Assembly (NCBI GenBank): GCA_963716745.1
Contig: OY970320.1
Location: forward strand, 1,440,001-1,504,000
Direction: 5' to 3'
Length of the DNA: 64,000 bases
Source of the DNA: an uncultured Gemmatimonadaceae bacterium
GTDB taxonomy: Bacteria; Gemmatimonadota; Gemmatimonadetes; Gemmatimonadales; Gemmatimonadaceae
In this document: positions 19,560-29,690 of the stretch, one piece after another
Layout of the letters: every line of letters starts with the position of its first letter
Numbering within the stretch: the first letter of the stretch is position 1
Made by a program: the position numbers and the translations under genes
Notes under the pieces: model-generated
What the model was told of the DNA's origin: nothing
Databases searched by the model: none
Seen by the model: only the letters and a program-made list of their open reading frames with translations

Positions 19560-20809
19560 GTGCTCTCGATCGCGGCCATCGTCGCGGGGGTGGGATCGAC
19601 GCCGCCCTCGGGCACGGGCAGATAGATCATGAACGCCGCGCCGCCCTCGCGCGCCTGGCGCACCCAGATCGTGCCGCCCATGCCTTCGATGATGCGCGAG
19701 ACGATGGCGAGGCCGAGACCCGTGCCCTTGTTCGGATCCTTCGTGGTGAAGAAGGGATCGAACACGCGCTCGGTGTCGGTGAGCGGCACGCCCGGACCGT
19801 TGTCGGACACAATCACCTTGATGATCCGCGTCGGCTCGCCCACGGTATTGAGCCACGCGCGAACGCGCGCGCTCTGTTCGCGCACCATCTGCACGCCGGT
19901 CGGGTCATCGCCGCGGCGCGTGCCGTCGCCGAAGATGTCGTTGAACGCGACGCACTGGGTCACGAACCAGATCTCGCCCTTGCCGTTCAGCGCGTCCACG
20001 CCATTGAGGAGCAAGTTCACGAAGACCTGCTCCATCTCGTGGCGGTCGCCGCTGAGCGCGGGGAGATCGTCGCCGAACGCGGTGTGCAGCTGCGTGCCGC
20101 GCAGGGCGCCCTGGTCGCGCAGCATGTCGGCGGCGCGTTTGGCGACGGCACTGATGTCCACCGCGCCGGTGGTGCGGCGGCGGGGGCGCGCGTATTCGAG
20201 CATTCCGCGCATGATCCGATCGATGCGCGCGCTCTCGCGTTCAATGCCGGCGAGCGCGTCCGCCGCCTCGGAACCGGGAGCGGCCGACTGATGCAGGAGA
20301 TGCGTGTAGCCGTTGATCGCGCCGAGCGGATTGCCGATCTCATGCGCCACGCCGGCGGCGAGGCGGCCGACGCTCGCCACTTTCTCCAGGTGTGTGCGCT
20401 GCGCCTGCTCCTCGAGGATGCGCGCGGTCATGCGGTTGACGCTGCGCGACAGGCGGGCGAACTCGCGGTTGCTTCCTTTGGGCGCACGCCGCGAGAGGTC
20501 GCCGTTGGCGATCGCTTCCGTCGTGTCCACGATCTCATCGAGGGGGTCGAGCACGAGACCCTGGATCTTGTACGCGCCGAACGCGACGAAGAGCACGATG
20601 TCCGCGATGAAGAGCAGGCCGAGGTAGATCGCGCCGTTCCTCGTCATGATGATGCTCTCGAGCACCACCACGTTCAGCGCGGCGAGCGACAGCGCCGCGG
20701 TGCCGAGGACCGCGAGATTGAGCATCATCTCGGTCTTCAGCGAGGTGAAGAGCTGGAACTTGCCCAGGTCGGGCGCGCTCGAGAGTTCGGTGCGGCGTGG
20801 TTCGGTCAT
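19556..20809 (-). CDS. HAMP-containing sensor histidine kinase
   Basis: 2 TM helices, HAMP, AGVAHEIGNPL H-box, NLLLNG, DNGPG, FFTTK, GTGLGL. Confidence 0.93.
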
Positions 20810-22485
20810 GGTGTGTTGCCCTTGGCTCGGGCCCGCACCGCCAAGGCGGGGGGCGCTCCTGCACTGAGTTCGACGGCGCGATCCGCGTGACCGCGCGCCG
20901 AGGTCGTATCCCCTCTCAACAACAGATAGTCCGCGTACCCCGTCTGGAGCTGCCACACATCCCGTCCCACGAGTGCCGCCCGCGCCCATGTCGAGTCGGC
21001 CACCAGCGTGTCGGCGGGCGCCACGGCGTAAGCACGCGCGAACATCGCCGCGGCCCCAGCCCAGTCCTGCGTCTTCAGCTTCAATTCACCACTCTCCCGC
21101 CACAGCACGGCGTCGCGCTTGAACAATTCCCTCGCCATCGCGTACTCGCGTTCCGCCGCAACGAACCGGCCCGCCGCCGCATCCACACGTCCCATCGTCC
21201 AGTGTGCGTGATACGATTCCGGGTGTTCCTCGAGCAGCGTGAGCGCGAACGTCTTGGGATCGTGCCAGACATCGGTGCGCGTCCACGTGCGCATCGAGAA
21301 CATCACGAGCACCAGCGCCAACGCCGCAGCCACCGCACGCGGCGCGCGCCAGCCGTACCGTTCCAGCACCCAGCCCGCCGCGAGCATCGCGCCGGCACTG
21401 GGCAGGTACAGCGTGCGTTCCGCGAGCAGCACGCCCGTCACGAACAGGACGTTCGAGACGGGGGTCAAGGTCACTGGCACCCACGCCAACGAGTACGCGG
21501 CCTCCGGCTCCCGCCGCCACGCGTGGAATATCGCCGCCCCGAGCACGCCCGCCAGAGCGACGCCCATCACCACGCCCCACGTGACCGACGTGGCGAGTTC
21601 AATGACCGCCGGCTGGTAGTCGGCGGAGAGGTTTTCGGGCACCAGGAGGAGACGCGCGTACTCCGGGATCACGGACGCGACGGTGAGCAGGCGGTCAGCG
21701 ATCGGAACCCCCATGAACACCGGCGATGGCGCCACGAGCGGTTCGTGCCGGAACACGATCAGGAGCACGACGGCGTAGGCGACCGCCGCCGTGGCGTACG
21801 ACAGATAGAGACCAAGACGCGCGCGTAGCGCGGCGAACGCGCCGCCGGTGAGGAGCATATCGTGCAGTGCCGCCAGACCGAGGAAGACCATCGCGCTCTC
21901 CTTCGAAAGCAAGGCGAGCGCGAACAGCACTGGTGCGGCCCACGATCCGCGCCGGTGTGCGAGCAGCGCAGCGATCACGAACGCCGCTGCCATGCACTCG
22001 GAGCGGCCCACCACGTTCGCGACCGCCTCCACGTGCACCGGATGCACGGCGAACAGCAGAGCGGCGCCGAGCGCCGCGGCCGGCGCGAGCAGTTCCGCGG
22101 CGAGGAACCACACCAGCACCGATGCCGCCGCGTGCCACAGGATGTTCACCGCGTGGAACCAGCGCGGATCGCCGCTCGAGAGCCACCAATCGAGCGAGAA
22201 GCTCGCGATCGCGAGCGGGCGGTACTGCCCACCGCCGAGCGCCGCGGGCCAGTAGGGATGCGAGAACGCGAGCCAGATGCCGTTCGGGAAGGCGACGAGC
22301 GGATTCTTGAGGATGATCGCGCGGTCGTCGAGCACGAAGCCGTTCTCGAGCGCGTTCACATAGACGGCGATCGCGACCAGCGCGACGGCCACCGGCGCCC
22401 ACTGCCGCAGTCGTGCGCGCGATGGGAAGAAGCTCGACGCGGCGACGATCGGAGGCGCCGCCGCCTCGTCAGCCGGAGCGGTCAA
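20806..22485 (-). CDS. TMTC-like (DUF1736, GT-C) membrane glycosyltransferase with C-terminal TPR-like helices
   Basis: YVNALENGFVLDD, YRPL, FHAVNILWH, LFAVHPVHVEAVANVVGR, ALLSKES, AERTLYLPS, RTDVWHD; TTG start at 22485 overlaps the upstream stop. Confidence 0.8.
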   Translation of the reverse strand: MTAPADEAAAPPIVAASSFFPSRARLRQWAPVAVALVAIAVYVNALENGFVLDDRAIILKNPLVAFPNGIWLAFSHPYWPAALGGGQYRPLAIASFSLDWWLSSGDPRWFHAVNILWHAAASVLVWFLAAELLAPAAALGAALLFAVHPVHVEAVANVVGRSECMAAAFVIAALLAHRRGSWAAPVLFALALLSKESAMVFLGLAALHDMLLTGGAFAALRARLGLYLSYATAAVAYAVVLLIVFRHEPLVAPSPVFMGVPIADRLLTVASVIPEYARLLLVPENLSADYQPAVIELATSVTWGVVMGVALAGVLGAAIFHAWRREPEAAYSLAWVPVTLTPVSNVLFVTGVLLAERTLYLPSAGAMLAAGWVLERYGWRAPRAVAAALALVLVMFSMRTWTRTDVWHDPKTFALTLLEEHPESYHAHWTMGRVDAAAGRFVAAEREYAMARELFKRDAVLWRESGELKLKTQDWAGAAAMFARAYAVAPADTLVADSTWARAALVGRDVWQLQTGYADYLLLRGDTTSARGHADRAVELSAGAPPALAVRARAKGNTP

Positions 22486-23864
22486 ACCTCCACTCCGTAC
22501 CGCGACAATTTCCGGTAGAGCGTACTCGGGTCGATGCCCAGACGTTCGGCGGCGCGGCTCTTGTTGCCGCCTTCCGACTGCAGCACCCACAGGATGTACG
22601 CGCGCTCGACGACATCGAGCGTGGGGTTCGATGTAGGCGTGCGGTCGGTGATGAGCGCTTCGGCGCGGCGTTCGGTGACGCGCTGCGGGAGCACGGAGAT
22701 GTCGATCAGCTCGCCCTTCGAGAGGATCGCCGCGCGCTCGAGCGCGTTCTCGAGCTCGCGCACGTTGCCGGGCCAATTGTATTCCATCATCGCTTCGAGC
22801 GCGTCGGCGCTCAGCCGCTTCATCATGCCGCCGGACTGCTCGGCACCGCGGCCGAGGAAAGCGTCGATGAGCAGCGGGATGTCGTCGCGCCGCTGCCGCA
22901 GTGGCGGCAGATGGAGCGCGAACACGTTGAGCCGGTAGAAGAGGTCGCTGCGGAACCCGCCGCGCTTCATCTCCTCCTCGAGATCGCGGTTCGTCGCCGC
23001 GATGAGTCGTGTCTCGATCGGCACGGCCTCGGTGCCACCCACCGGGATCACCTCGCGCTGCTGCAGCACGCGCAGGAGCTTCACCTGGATGGCGGGAGTC
23101 GTCTCGCCGATCTCGTCGAGGAAGAACGATCCCTTCGCGGCGGCGGCGAAGAGGCCGAGCTTGTCCTTCACGGCGCCGGTGAACGAGCCCTTCACGTGTC
23201 CGAACAGTTCGCTCTCGAGCAGCGACTCGGGGAGCGCGCCGCAGTTGATCGAGAGGAACGAGCCCTCGGCGCGCGTGGAGAGGTCGTGGATGTAGCGCGC
23301 GACCACTTCTTTGCCCGTTCCCGACTCACCCTGGATGAGCACGGTGGAATCGGTGGGCGCCACGGTCTCGGCCAGGCGCAGCACATCCAGCCAGCCTTTG
23401 CTCCGCCCCACTGGCGCGAGCAAGCCGGTGCGTTCGTGGCGCCGGATCTCCTGACGCAGCGACTTGTTCTCGACGCGCAGCTGGCGATGCTCGGCGGCGC
23501 GCCGGAGGATCGCGATGATGTCGTCGTTCACGAACGGCTTCTGGATGTAGAAGAACGCGCCTTCGTTCACCGCCTGGATGGCCGAGCGAAGATCCGCCTG
23601 CGCCGTCATGAGTATGACGGGCAGATCGGGGTCCTTGGCGCGCGCCGCCGAGAGGATCTCAATGCCGGTGACGTTGGGCATGCGCACGTCGGTAATGACG
23701 ATGTCGGGGTTCAGCGCCTGGATGCGCTCGAGACCCTGGCGGCCGCCGAGCGCGACGACGGGGCTGAAGCCCTCGTTCTTGAGGAGGATGCTGAGCGTCT
23801 CGAGGATGCCGGTCTCGTCATCGACAATGAGGACGCTCGGCGGCGTGGGCGCGGCGACGGTCAT
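22482..23864 (-). CDS. Sigma54-dependent response regulator, PilR-like
   Basis: Receiver; GESGTGKE; ESELFGHVKGSFTGA; WPGNVRELEN; HTH LGIDPSTLYRKL. Confidence 0.93.
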   Translation of the reverse strand: MTVAAPTPPSVLIVDDETGILETLSILLKNEGFSPVVALGGRQGLERIQALNPDIVITDVRMPNVTGIEILSAARAKDPDLPVILMTAQADLRSAIQAVNEGAFFYIQKPFVNDDIIAILRRAAEHRQLRVENKSLRQEIRRHERTGLLAPVGRSKGWLDVLRLAETVAPTDSTVLIQGESGTGKEVVARYIHDLSTRAEGSFLSINCGALPESLLESELFGHVKGSFTGAVKDKLGLFAAAAKGSFFLDEIGETTPAIQVKLLRVLQQREVIPVGGTEAVPIETRLIAATNRDLEEEMKRGGFRSDLFYRLNVFALHLPPLRQRRDDIPLLIDAFLGRGAEQSGGMMKRLSADALEAMMEYNWPGNVRELENALERAAILSKGELIDISVLPQRVTERRAEALITDRTPTSNPTLDVVERAYILWVLQSEGGNKSRAAERLGIDPSTLYRKLSRYGVEV

Positions 23865-25498
23865 GTGAGCTCAGGGCTGACGGGCGGACGCGCGAGCGGC
23901 AACAGCACCGTGAACCGGGTGCCCTTGTTCGAGCTGTCGAGGAAGACGAAGCCGCGATGAGCTTCGATGGCGCGGTGGACGATGGGGAGTCCCAATCCGC
24001 TGCCGCCGGGTTTCGTAGTGAAGAAGGGATCGAAGACGCGATCGCGGATCTCCACGGGAATGCCTGGTCCGTCATCGCTGACGCGCAGCGACACGGCGTG
24101 CATCGTGAACGGGACGCCGGTGGGGATCTGGTCGACGGCCATCGTGCCGATCTCGATCTTCACCTCGCCGTTCTCGCGCGAGGCCTGCACCGCATTGAGC
24201 GCGATGTTGAACACCGCGCGGTGCAGGAGGTCCTCGTCGCCTTCGACGTAGAGCGGACCGGTGGGCGCGATGCAGAGCACGCTCACGCCCTTCTTGCGAT
24301 CCGGATGCGCGGTGGCGAGGCCGGCGGCGGTGCGCGCGATGGCGGTCATGTCGACGCGTTCGCCGCGCGTGACGCGCACGCGCGCGAAATCGAGGAATTC
24401 CGAGAGCAGACGGGAGAGGCGGTCGGACTCGCGCACGATGAGCCGGCCGAGCGTGCGCTCGTCGTCGTCGGCCTTGGTGCGGCGCGCAAGTTGTTCGGTG
24501 GCGCTTCTGATGGATGCGAGCGGATTCTTGATCTCATGCGCGAGCGACGCGCTGAGTTCGGCGACGGCCTCGAGGCGCTCGGCGCGCAGCCGGAGTTCCT
24601 CGAGGCGTTTGTTGTCGGAGATGTCCTGGAAGATCGCGGTGGCTGAGATCCCCTCGGGCGTGCCGTCGGCGTCGATCGTGGTGGTGGTGAGGCCGATCGG
24701 GAACGTGCGTCCGTGCACCGTGATCGCCGCCTCGCCGCGAGTGACGCGCTCGCGCGCCTGCACCGCGCGCTCGAGCGCGGCGACGAGCGCCGGAGCCGTG
24801 CTGGCGAAGACTTCGCGAACGGGGCGGCCGCGCACGCTCTCGGAATCGAAACCGAGCAGTGTGCCACTCATCGGATTGGCGAACAACATGCGGCCGCGCG
24901 CGTCGATGGTGACGATGCCGCTGCGGATGTTCTTGAGGATGTCCTCGGCCTGCAGCTTCGCGATGTTGAGGCGCGCTTCGAGTTCCTCCCGATTGACGCC
25001 GGCTTCCTGCAAGCGCGCCGCGAGGTAGGCGACCGCGAGCGCGACGAGCGCGAAGACCACGAGCTGGAGGATGAGCGCGAGCGAGACGGGGGTGTGGTGG
25101 CCGAGCAGGACGTCGGCGAAGTACGCGGCGTTGCCGAGCGCGGCGATGAGGAGCACGCCGCCCACCGGGAGCAGGAGCGACGCGCCGACCGTGACGAGGA
25201 TGTAGAGCGGCGCGAAGAGCGAGAGCGCGCCGCCGGTGACGTGCACGACCACCGTGACGAGCGCGACGTCGAAGAGCGCCTGCTCATAGCAGAACGTGCG
25301 CGACACCGCCGCGCCGTTGCCGGTGGACCAGAGCGACCAGAAGGTGAAGAGGATCGCGCCGAGTACGGCGAGCGTCGCGATGAGCGTGTCGGCGGAGTCG
25401 GCGCGCCGCCACTGCACGAGCGCGGCGACGAATATGGCGGCAGCGAGCGAGAGACGCCCGATGTAGATCCAGCGTAGAACGCGTCGCGGATCGAACAT
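23861..25498 (-). CDS. PilS-like multi-TM PAS sensor histidine kinase
   Basis: About 6 TM helices (TGGALSLFAPLY), PAS, AHEIKNPL, DDGPG, FFTTK, GSGLGL. Confidence 0.88.
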   Translation of the reverse strand: MFDPRRVLRWIYIGRLSLAAAIFVAALVQWRRADSADTLIATLAVLGAILFTFWSLWSTGNGAAVSRTFCYEQALFDVALVTVVVHVTGGALSLFAPLYILVTVGASLLLPVGGVLLIAALGNAAYFADVLLGHHTPVSLALILQLVVFALVALAVAYLAARLQEAGVNREELEARLNIAKLQAEDILKNIRSGIVTIDARGRMLFANPMSGTLLGFDSESVRGRPVREVFASTAPALVAALERAVQARERVTRGEAAITVHGRTFPIGLTTTTIDADGTPEGISATAIFQDISDNKRLEELRLRAERLEAVAELSASLAHEIKNPLASIRSATEQLARRTKADDDERTLGRLIVRESDRLSRLLSEFLDFARVRVTRGERVDMTAIARTAAGLATAHPDRKKGVSVLCIAPTGPLYVEGDEDLLHRAVFNIALNAVQASRENGEVKIEIGTMAVDQIPTGVPFTMHAVSLRVSDDGPGIPVEIRDRVFDPFFTTKPGGSGLGLPIVHRAIEAHRGFVFLDSSNKGTRFTVLLPLARPPVSPELT

Positions 25499-25504
25499 GC
25501 CAGG

Positions 25505-25518
25505 ATAGTATAGTAGGG
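25505..25518 (-). promoter_or_regulatory. Putative -10 element of a leaderless pilS transcript
   Basis: TACTAT 6 nt before ATG at 25498; 14-mer identical to 6714-6727. Confidence 0.55.
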
Positions 25519-25608
25519 CGTGGAGTATTGCAGAGCGCCCGAACCGCGGAAGTCGTGAATCGTGGCGTTTTGCTATATCTTGGACGAGCACATACGACAG
25601 GGAGTTAC

Positions 25609-26961
25609 GTGGCGCCTGGTTCAGACGAACTGACGGCAGGAGCGATCGCGTGGCGGCTCCTGGCCGTGTTGTTGATCGTGGGCGCGAACGCGTTCTTCGT
25701 GATGGCGGAGTTCGCGCTCGTGAGTGCCCGCCGGAGCAAGATCGATGCGCTCGCGAAACGCGGCGACGTGCGCGCGCGCGCGGTGCAGCGCGTGCTCCAG
25801 AACCTATATCGCTACATCTCGGCGACGCAGCTCGGCATCACGTGCGCATCGCTGGCGCTCGGCTGGGTGGGCGAGGCGACCATCGCGCGGCTCCTGCAGC
25901 GCGCGCTCGTGCGAGTCGGCCTCGAAGCTCCGTCGGGCCTCACGCACGCCGCGGCGACCGTGACCACCGCGTTCATCATCATCACCGTCCTCCACATCGT
26001 GCTGGGCGAGCTGACGCCCAAGGCGATCGCGCTGAGCGACCCGGAGCGCATGACGCGGCGCATCGTGTACCCGCTGCGCGCGTTCGCGTGGCTGGTCAGT
26101 CCCTTCACGGCGGTGCTGAACGCCTCGGCGAGCAGCGTGCTGCGCGTGCTGCATGTGAAGCCGGCGACGGGACACTCCACCGTGCACTCACCGGAGGAGC
26201 TCGAGCTGATCGTGCGTCAGTCGCTGGATGAGGGGAAGTTCAGCGAGACCGACCGCGAGGTGCTGCAGGGCGTGTTCATCTTCCAGAAGAAGAAGGCGCG
26301 CGACGTGATGCGGCCGCGCACGAAGGTCTCGTCGCTGTGGATCGGCGAATCGGAGGAGGAGGTGTGGAAGACACTCCGCTCTGAGGGATACTCGCGATAT
26401 CCGGTGTACGACGAATCGCCGGACGACGTCGTAGGCGTGTTCCTCGCGAAGGATCTGTGGATGCATGAGCGCGGCGAGGACTTCGTGCTGCGGTCGTACG
26501 TACGGCCGGCGATGTTCGTGCCCGAGGCGCGGCCCGCGGAGCTGGTGCTGAACGAATTGCGCAAGACGCGGGCGCACATGGCGGTCGTGCTCGACGAGCA
26601 CGGCGGGATGCAGGGCGTGCTCACACTCGAGGACCTCGTTGAGGAACTGATCGGCGACATCGCGGACGAGTACGACGGCGCCGAGCGGATGGCGACGACG
26701 AGCGGTGGCGTGCTCGAACTGCAGGGCTCGATGTCGCTGATCGATGTGCGGCAGGACTATCAGGTGGACATTCCCGACGGAAGCTGGACGACGCTCGGCG
26801 GCTACGTATTCACGCGGCTAGGACGCGTGCCGCGCGTTGGCGACCGCGTGCCGTTCCCCAGTGGCGAGCTTGAAGTGGTGGCGATGGACCGGAAGCGCGT
26901 GGCGGCGGTGCGCGTGATGCGGGCAATGGCCGCGGCGGCCAGCAAGGCGAAGCGGGCGTGA
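25609..26961 (+). CDS. Hemolysin family/CNNM-CBS-CorC protein
   Basis: NAFFVMAEFALVS, TQLGIT, GELTPK, CBS pair (YSRYPVY, AVVLDEHGG...TLEDLVEELIGDIADEYD), CorC domain; GGGAG RBS before GTG. Confidence 0.93.
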   Translation: MAPGSDELTAGAIAWRLLAVLLIVGANAFFVMAEFALVSARRSKIDALAKRGDVRARAVQRVLQNLYRYISATQLGITCASLALGWVGEATIARLLQRALVRVGLEAPSGLTHAAATVTTAFIIITVLHIVLGELTPKAIALSDPERMTRRIVYPLRAFAWLVSPFTAVLNASASSVLRVLHVKPATGHSTVHSPEELELIVRQSLDEGKFSETDREVLQGVFIFQKKKARDVMRPRTKVSSLWIGESEEEVWKTLRSEGYSRYPVYDESPDDVVGVFLAKDLWMHERGEDFVLRSYVRPAMFVPEARPAELVLNELRKTRAHMAVVLDEHGGMQGVLTLEDLVEELIGDIADEYDGAERMATTSGGVLELQGSMSLIDVRQDYQVDIPDGSWTTLGGYVFTRLGRVPRVGDRVPFPSGELEVVAMDRKRVAAVRVMRAMAAAASKAKRA

Positions 26962-27386
26962 CCGGCGCGCTGCGCGTGACGGACCAGCTCTCCATCCCGC
27001 GCGACGAGCTCACCGTGCGCGCATCGCGCGCGGGCGGCGCGGGCGGGCAGCACGTGAACACGTCGAGCACGCGCATCGAAGTCGTGTGGGGCGTCGCATC
27101 GAGCCGTGCTCTGGACGAAGTCCAGCGATCGCGGCTGCTCGCGAAGCTCGCGTCGCGGCTCGATGCCGACGGGCGCGTGCGCGTGGTGAGTTCCGCGCGG
27201 CGGAGCCAGCGGCAGAACCTGGAGGCCGCCGAGGACCGACTCGCGGAGTTGGTGCGGCGCGCGCTGGCGATGCCGAAGCGCCGCGTGGCGACGCGGCCGA
27301 CGCGCGGATCGGTGGAGCGCCGGCTGGATGAGAAGCGGCGGCGCGCGGAGCGGAAGCGCGGCCGCGGCGCCGCGCGCGACGAGTAG
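26958..27386 (+). CDS. arfB: Alternative ribosome rescue peptidyl-tRNA hydrolase
   Basis: GAGGQHVN, RSQRQN, basic tail ATRPTRGSVERRLDEKRRRAERK. Confidence 0.95.
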   Translation: MTGALRVTDQLSIPRDELTVRASRAGGAGGQHVNTSSTRIEVVWGVASSRALDEVQRSRLLAKLASRLDADGRVRVVSSARRSQRQNLEAAEDRLAELVRRALAMPKRRVATRPTRGSVERRLDEKRRRAERKRGRGAARDE

Positions 27387-27388
27387 CG

Positions 27389-28174
27389 CTATTTCAGCAG
27401 CGTGACCGTGGAAGTCGCGTCCTGCGTGAGCGTGACGATCGCCCCAGTGGGCAGGCTGATGCGCGAGGTGGAGGTACTGACTACGCGCGCGCCGAGATAG
27501 ACGCCCTTCTCGCTCACATAGAACATGCCGTCGCCGGTCCCATCGGATGTGAGCGGCAGGGGCACCCCCGACTGCATTATCGTGCCCGCCGAAGCCAATG
27601 TGCTGGAGTGCCGGATGCGGAACGCTCGCGCGCCGGCGAACACGGTGTCGCCGTCCAGCGTGGTGACGGTGATCGTACGCTCGGTGATCGAGCCGCCTTC
27701 TCCGCCGAGTTTGTCCGTCGTGGTATCCGCGAAGGAAGCGGCGGCGCCCGTGTCGGATTCGAGCGCCGGGAGGAAGTGCGACATCTTCTCGGCGAGCGCA
27801 TCGACGTCCGCGCCGGCCGTGACGGGGGACACGTGAGAGAAGGACGCGAGGCGGCCGCCGGTGCTCATCGTTCCCATGACCATCGTGCCTTTCATCTTCC
27901 CGACATCGGGCAGCTGCGCTGGCAGATCGGAATGCAGGCTGTACTCGGTGATCGTGAGTTGGAACGCGAGCGAGTCATCGCCGTGTGCACTGAGCGCGAG
28001 GGCCATGCGCTGATCGGCGGTGATGGTACTGGTGATCTCGCTGTTGGAGAAGGATTGGCTGCGCTTGATCACCGTGAGGAGGGAGTATTTGTACGTGCCC
28101 GGGGAGTATGATGGGGCGTCGGCTCCCGCGCGGAGTGTTAAGAGAAGGGCGAGTGCGACGAGGCGGATCAGCAT
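27389..28174 (-). CDS. Hypothetical secreted beta-rich protein
   Basis: Signal peptide MLIRLVALALLLTLRAGA; Thr/Ser-rich beta strands; fills the gap between arfB and mutY. Confidence 0.7.
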   Translation of the reverse strand: MLIRLVALALLLTLRAGADAPSYSPGTYKYSLLTVIKRSQSFSNSEITSTITADQRMALALSAHGDDSLAFQLTITEYSLHSDLPAQLPDVGKMKGTMVMGTMSTGGRLASFSHVSPVTAGADVDALAEKMSHFLPALESDTGAAASFADTTTDKLGGEGGSITERTITVTTLDGDTVFAGARAFRIRHSSTLASAGTIMQSGVPLPLTSDGTGDGMFYVSEKGVYLGARVVSTSTSRISLPTGAIVTLTQDATSTVTLLK

Positions 28175-28192
28175 GTCCTCAATATGAAAGAA

Positions 28193-28314
28193 GAACGGCG
28201 GGACTGGTACCGCTGACGGCGCGGCATTGGCGTTGGATACTGCTCGTTCCCAACGCCAATCGCCGCCGTCTCGCGGTGCCAGTCCCGCCGTCAGCGGTGC
28301 CAGTCCCGCAGTTC
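28193..28314 (+). repeat. Long intergenic hairpin, family B copy 1
   Basis: ACGGCGGGACTGGTACCGC...ATTGGCGTTGG / CCAACGCCAAT...GCGGTGCCAGTCCCGCCGT, with the 3' motif duplicated; matches the reverse complement of 36604-36715. Confidence 0.9.
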
Positions 28315-28330
28315 GAGCGTACTTTCCTGC

Positions 28331-29017
28331 ATGCCCGCTTCTCGCGCGAAGGACGAGAAACAACGAAAGACTGATTTCAGCCGCCGGCTGCGGCGATGGT
28401 ACCATCTTCACAAACGCGACCTGCCGTGGCGGCGCACGCGCGATCCGTATGAGGTGCTCGTCTCCGAGTTGATGCTCCAGCAGACCCAGGTCGCGCGCGT
28501 CGCCGAATATTATCCGCGTTTCCTAGCGCGCTTCCCGACGCTCGACGCCGTCGCGCGCGCGCCGCGCGGCCGCGTGATGGAGGCGTGGGCCGGACTCGGA
28601 TATTACGCGCGCGCCCGCAACCTGCACGCGCTCGCGCGCCAAGTGGGCAAGAGCGGCGGCCGGCTGCCCGAGCATCCCGATGACCTGCGCGCGCTGCCGG
28701 GCATCGGCGCGTACACCGCCGGCGCAGTGGCGAGCTTCGCGTATGAGCGGCGCGCCGCGCTCGTGGACACGAACGTCGCGCGCGTGATACGCCGCGCCTT
28801 CGCGCCGCGGCTCGACAAGCGCAGCGCCGCCGGCCAGAAACGCCTCTGGCGACTCGCCGACGAGTTGCTGCCCCGCACCGGCCGCGCGTCGTACGATCAC
28901 AACCAGGCGATCATGGAACTCGGTGCGCTGGTATGCACGGCACGCGTCGCGCATTGCGGCCGCTGCCCCGTGCGTCCCGCGTGCGCGACCGGCCGCGCCG
29001 TGTCGCTGCGCTCCTAG
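28331..29017 (+). CDS. mutY: A/G-specific adenine glycosylase (short form)
   Basis: RDLPWR, VSELMLQQTQV, WAGLGYYARARNL, LPGIGAYTA, VDTNVARV, NQAIMELGA, CX6CX2CX5C FeS motif. Confidence 0.92.
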   Translation: MPASRAKDEKQRKTDFSRRLRRWYHLHKRDLPWRRTRDPYEVLVSELMLQQTQVARVAEYYPRFLARFPTLDAVARAPRGRVMEAWAGLGYYARARNLHALARQVGKSGGRLPEHPDDLRALPGIGAYTAGAVASFAYERRAALVDTNVARVIRRAFAPRLDKRSAAGQKRLWRLADELLPRTGRASYDHNQAIMELGALVCTARVAHCGRCPVRPACATGRAVSLRS

Positions 29018-29066
29018 CGGCACTCGCACCCCTCCCTATCTTAAGCGGCACCCGCCACCGGCCCGC

Positions 29067-29690
29067 ATGCTCCAGTCCGCGACACCCATTCCCGAGCAGG
29101 ACATCCGGAGCGCCGTGGACAAAGCGTTCCGGTCGACGTCGTTCGGCCGGTTGACGCCGTGGGACCGGTTCTGGATGTGGGTGAGCGAACAGCTGACGCA
29201 CTTCTTCCAGATGCTCGCCAACGCGTACCGGCACGCCGGCGGCGGCGGTCCCGTGGGCAAGCTCGTGGTGGTGCTCGGCATCGCGTCGCTCGTGGTGATC
29301 CTCGGCCGCGTGATCTGGCTCTGGCGCGCGCGCACGCGCGTGGGTGTGCCGGCGGGAAAGTGGGGGCTCGGCGGCATCCTGCGCACCGCCGACCCTTGGG
29401 CGCTCGCGCAGTCGCTCGCCGCGAGCGGCGACTTCACCGCTGCCGCGCATTCGCTGTACGCGGCGCTGCTCGAGAACGCCGCGCGCGCGCAGCAAGTGCG
29501 GCTGCACCCGTCGAAGACGGCGGGCGATTACGCGCGCGAGATGCGCGGGCGACGCTCGCCGCTGTTCGCGGGCTTCCGCCGGTTCGCCGATCAGTACGAA
29601 GTGGTGATCTACGGCGACCAGATGTGCGACCGTGATCGGTTCGAGCGATTGTTCGCGCTCGCCGTTCCGATGCTGCGCTCCGATGGCTGA
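29067..29690 (+). CDS. DUF4129-domain membrane protein
   Basis: A..GDFTAAAHSLY.ALL...SKTAGDY...F...YEVVIYG; first gene of the MoxR operon. Confidence 0.78.
   Translation: MLQSATPIPEQDIRSAVDKAFRSTSFGRLTPWDRFWMWVSEQLTHFFQMLANAYRHAGGGGPVGKLVVVLGIASLVVILGRVIWLWRARTRVGVPAGKWGLGGILRTADPWALAQSLAASGDFTAAAHSLYAALLENAARAQQVRLHPSKTAGDYAREMRGRRSPLFAGFRRFADQYEVVIYGDQMCDRDRFERLFALAVPMLRSDG

Noticed and set aside
28193..28314. CRISPR array or tRNA interpretation of the hairpin repeats
   Set aside because: Inverted rather than regularly spaced direct repeats; no spacers, no cas genes, no cloverleaf or T-loop motif
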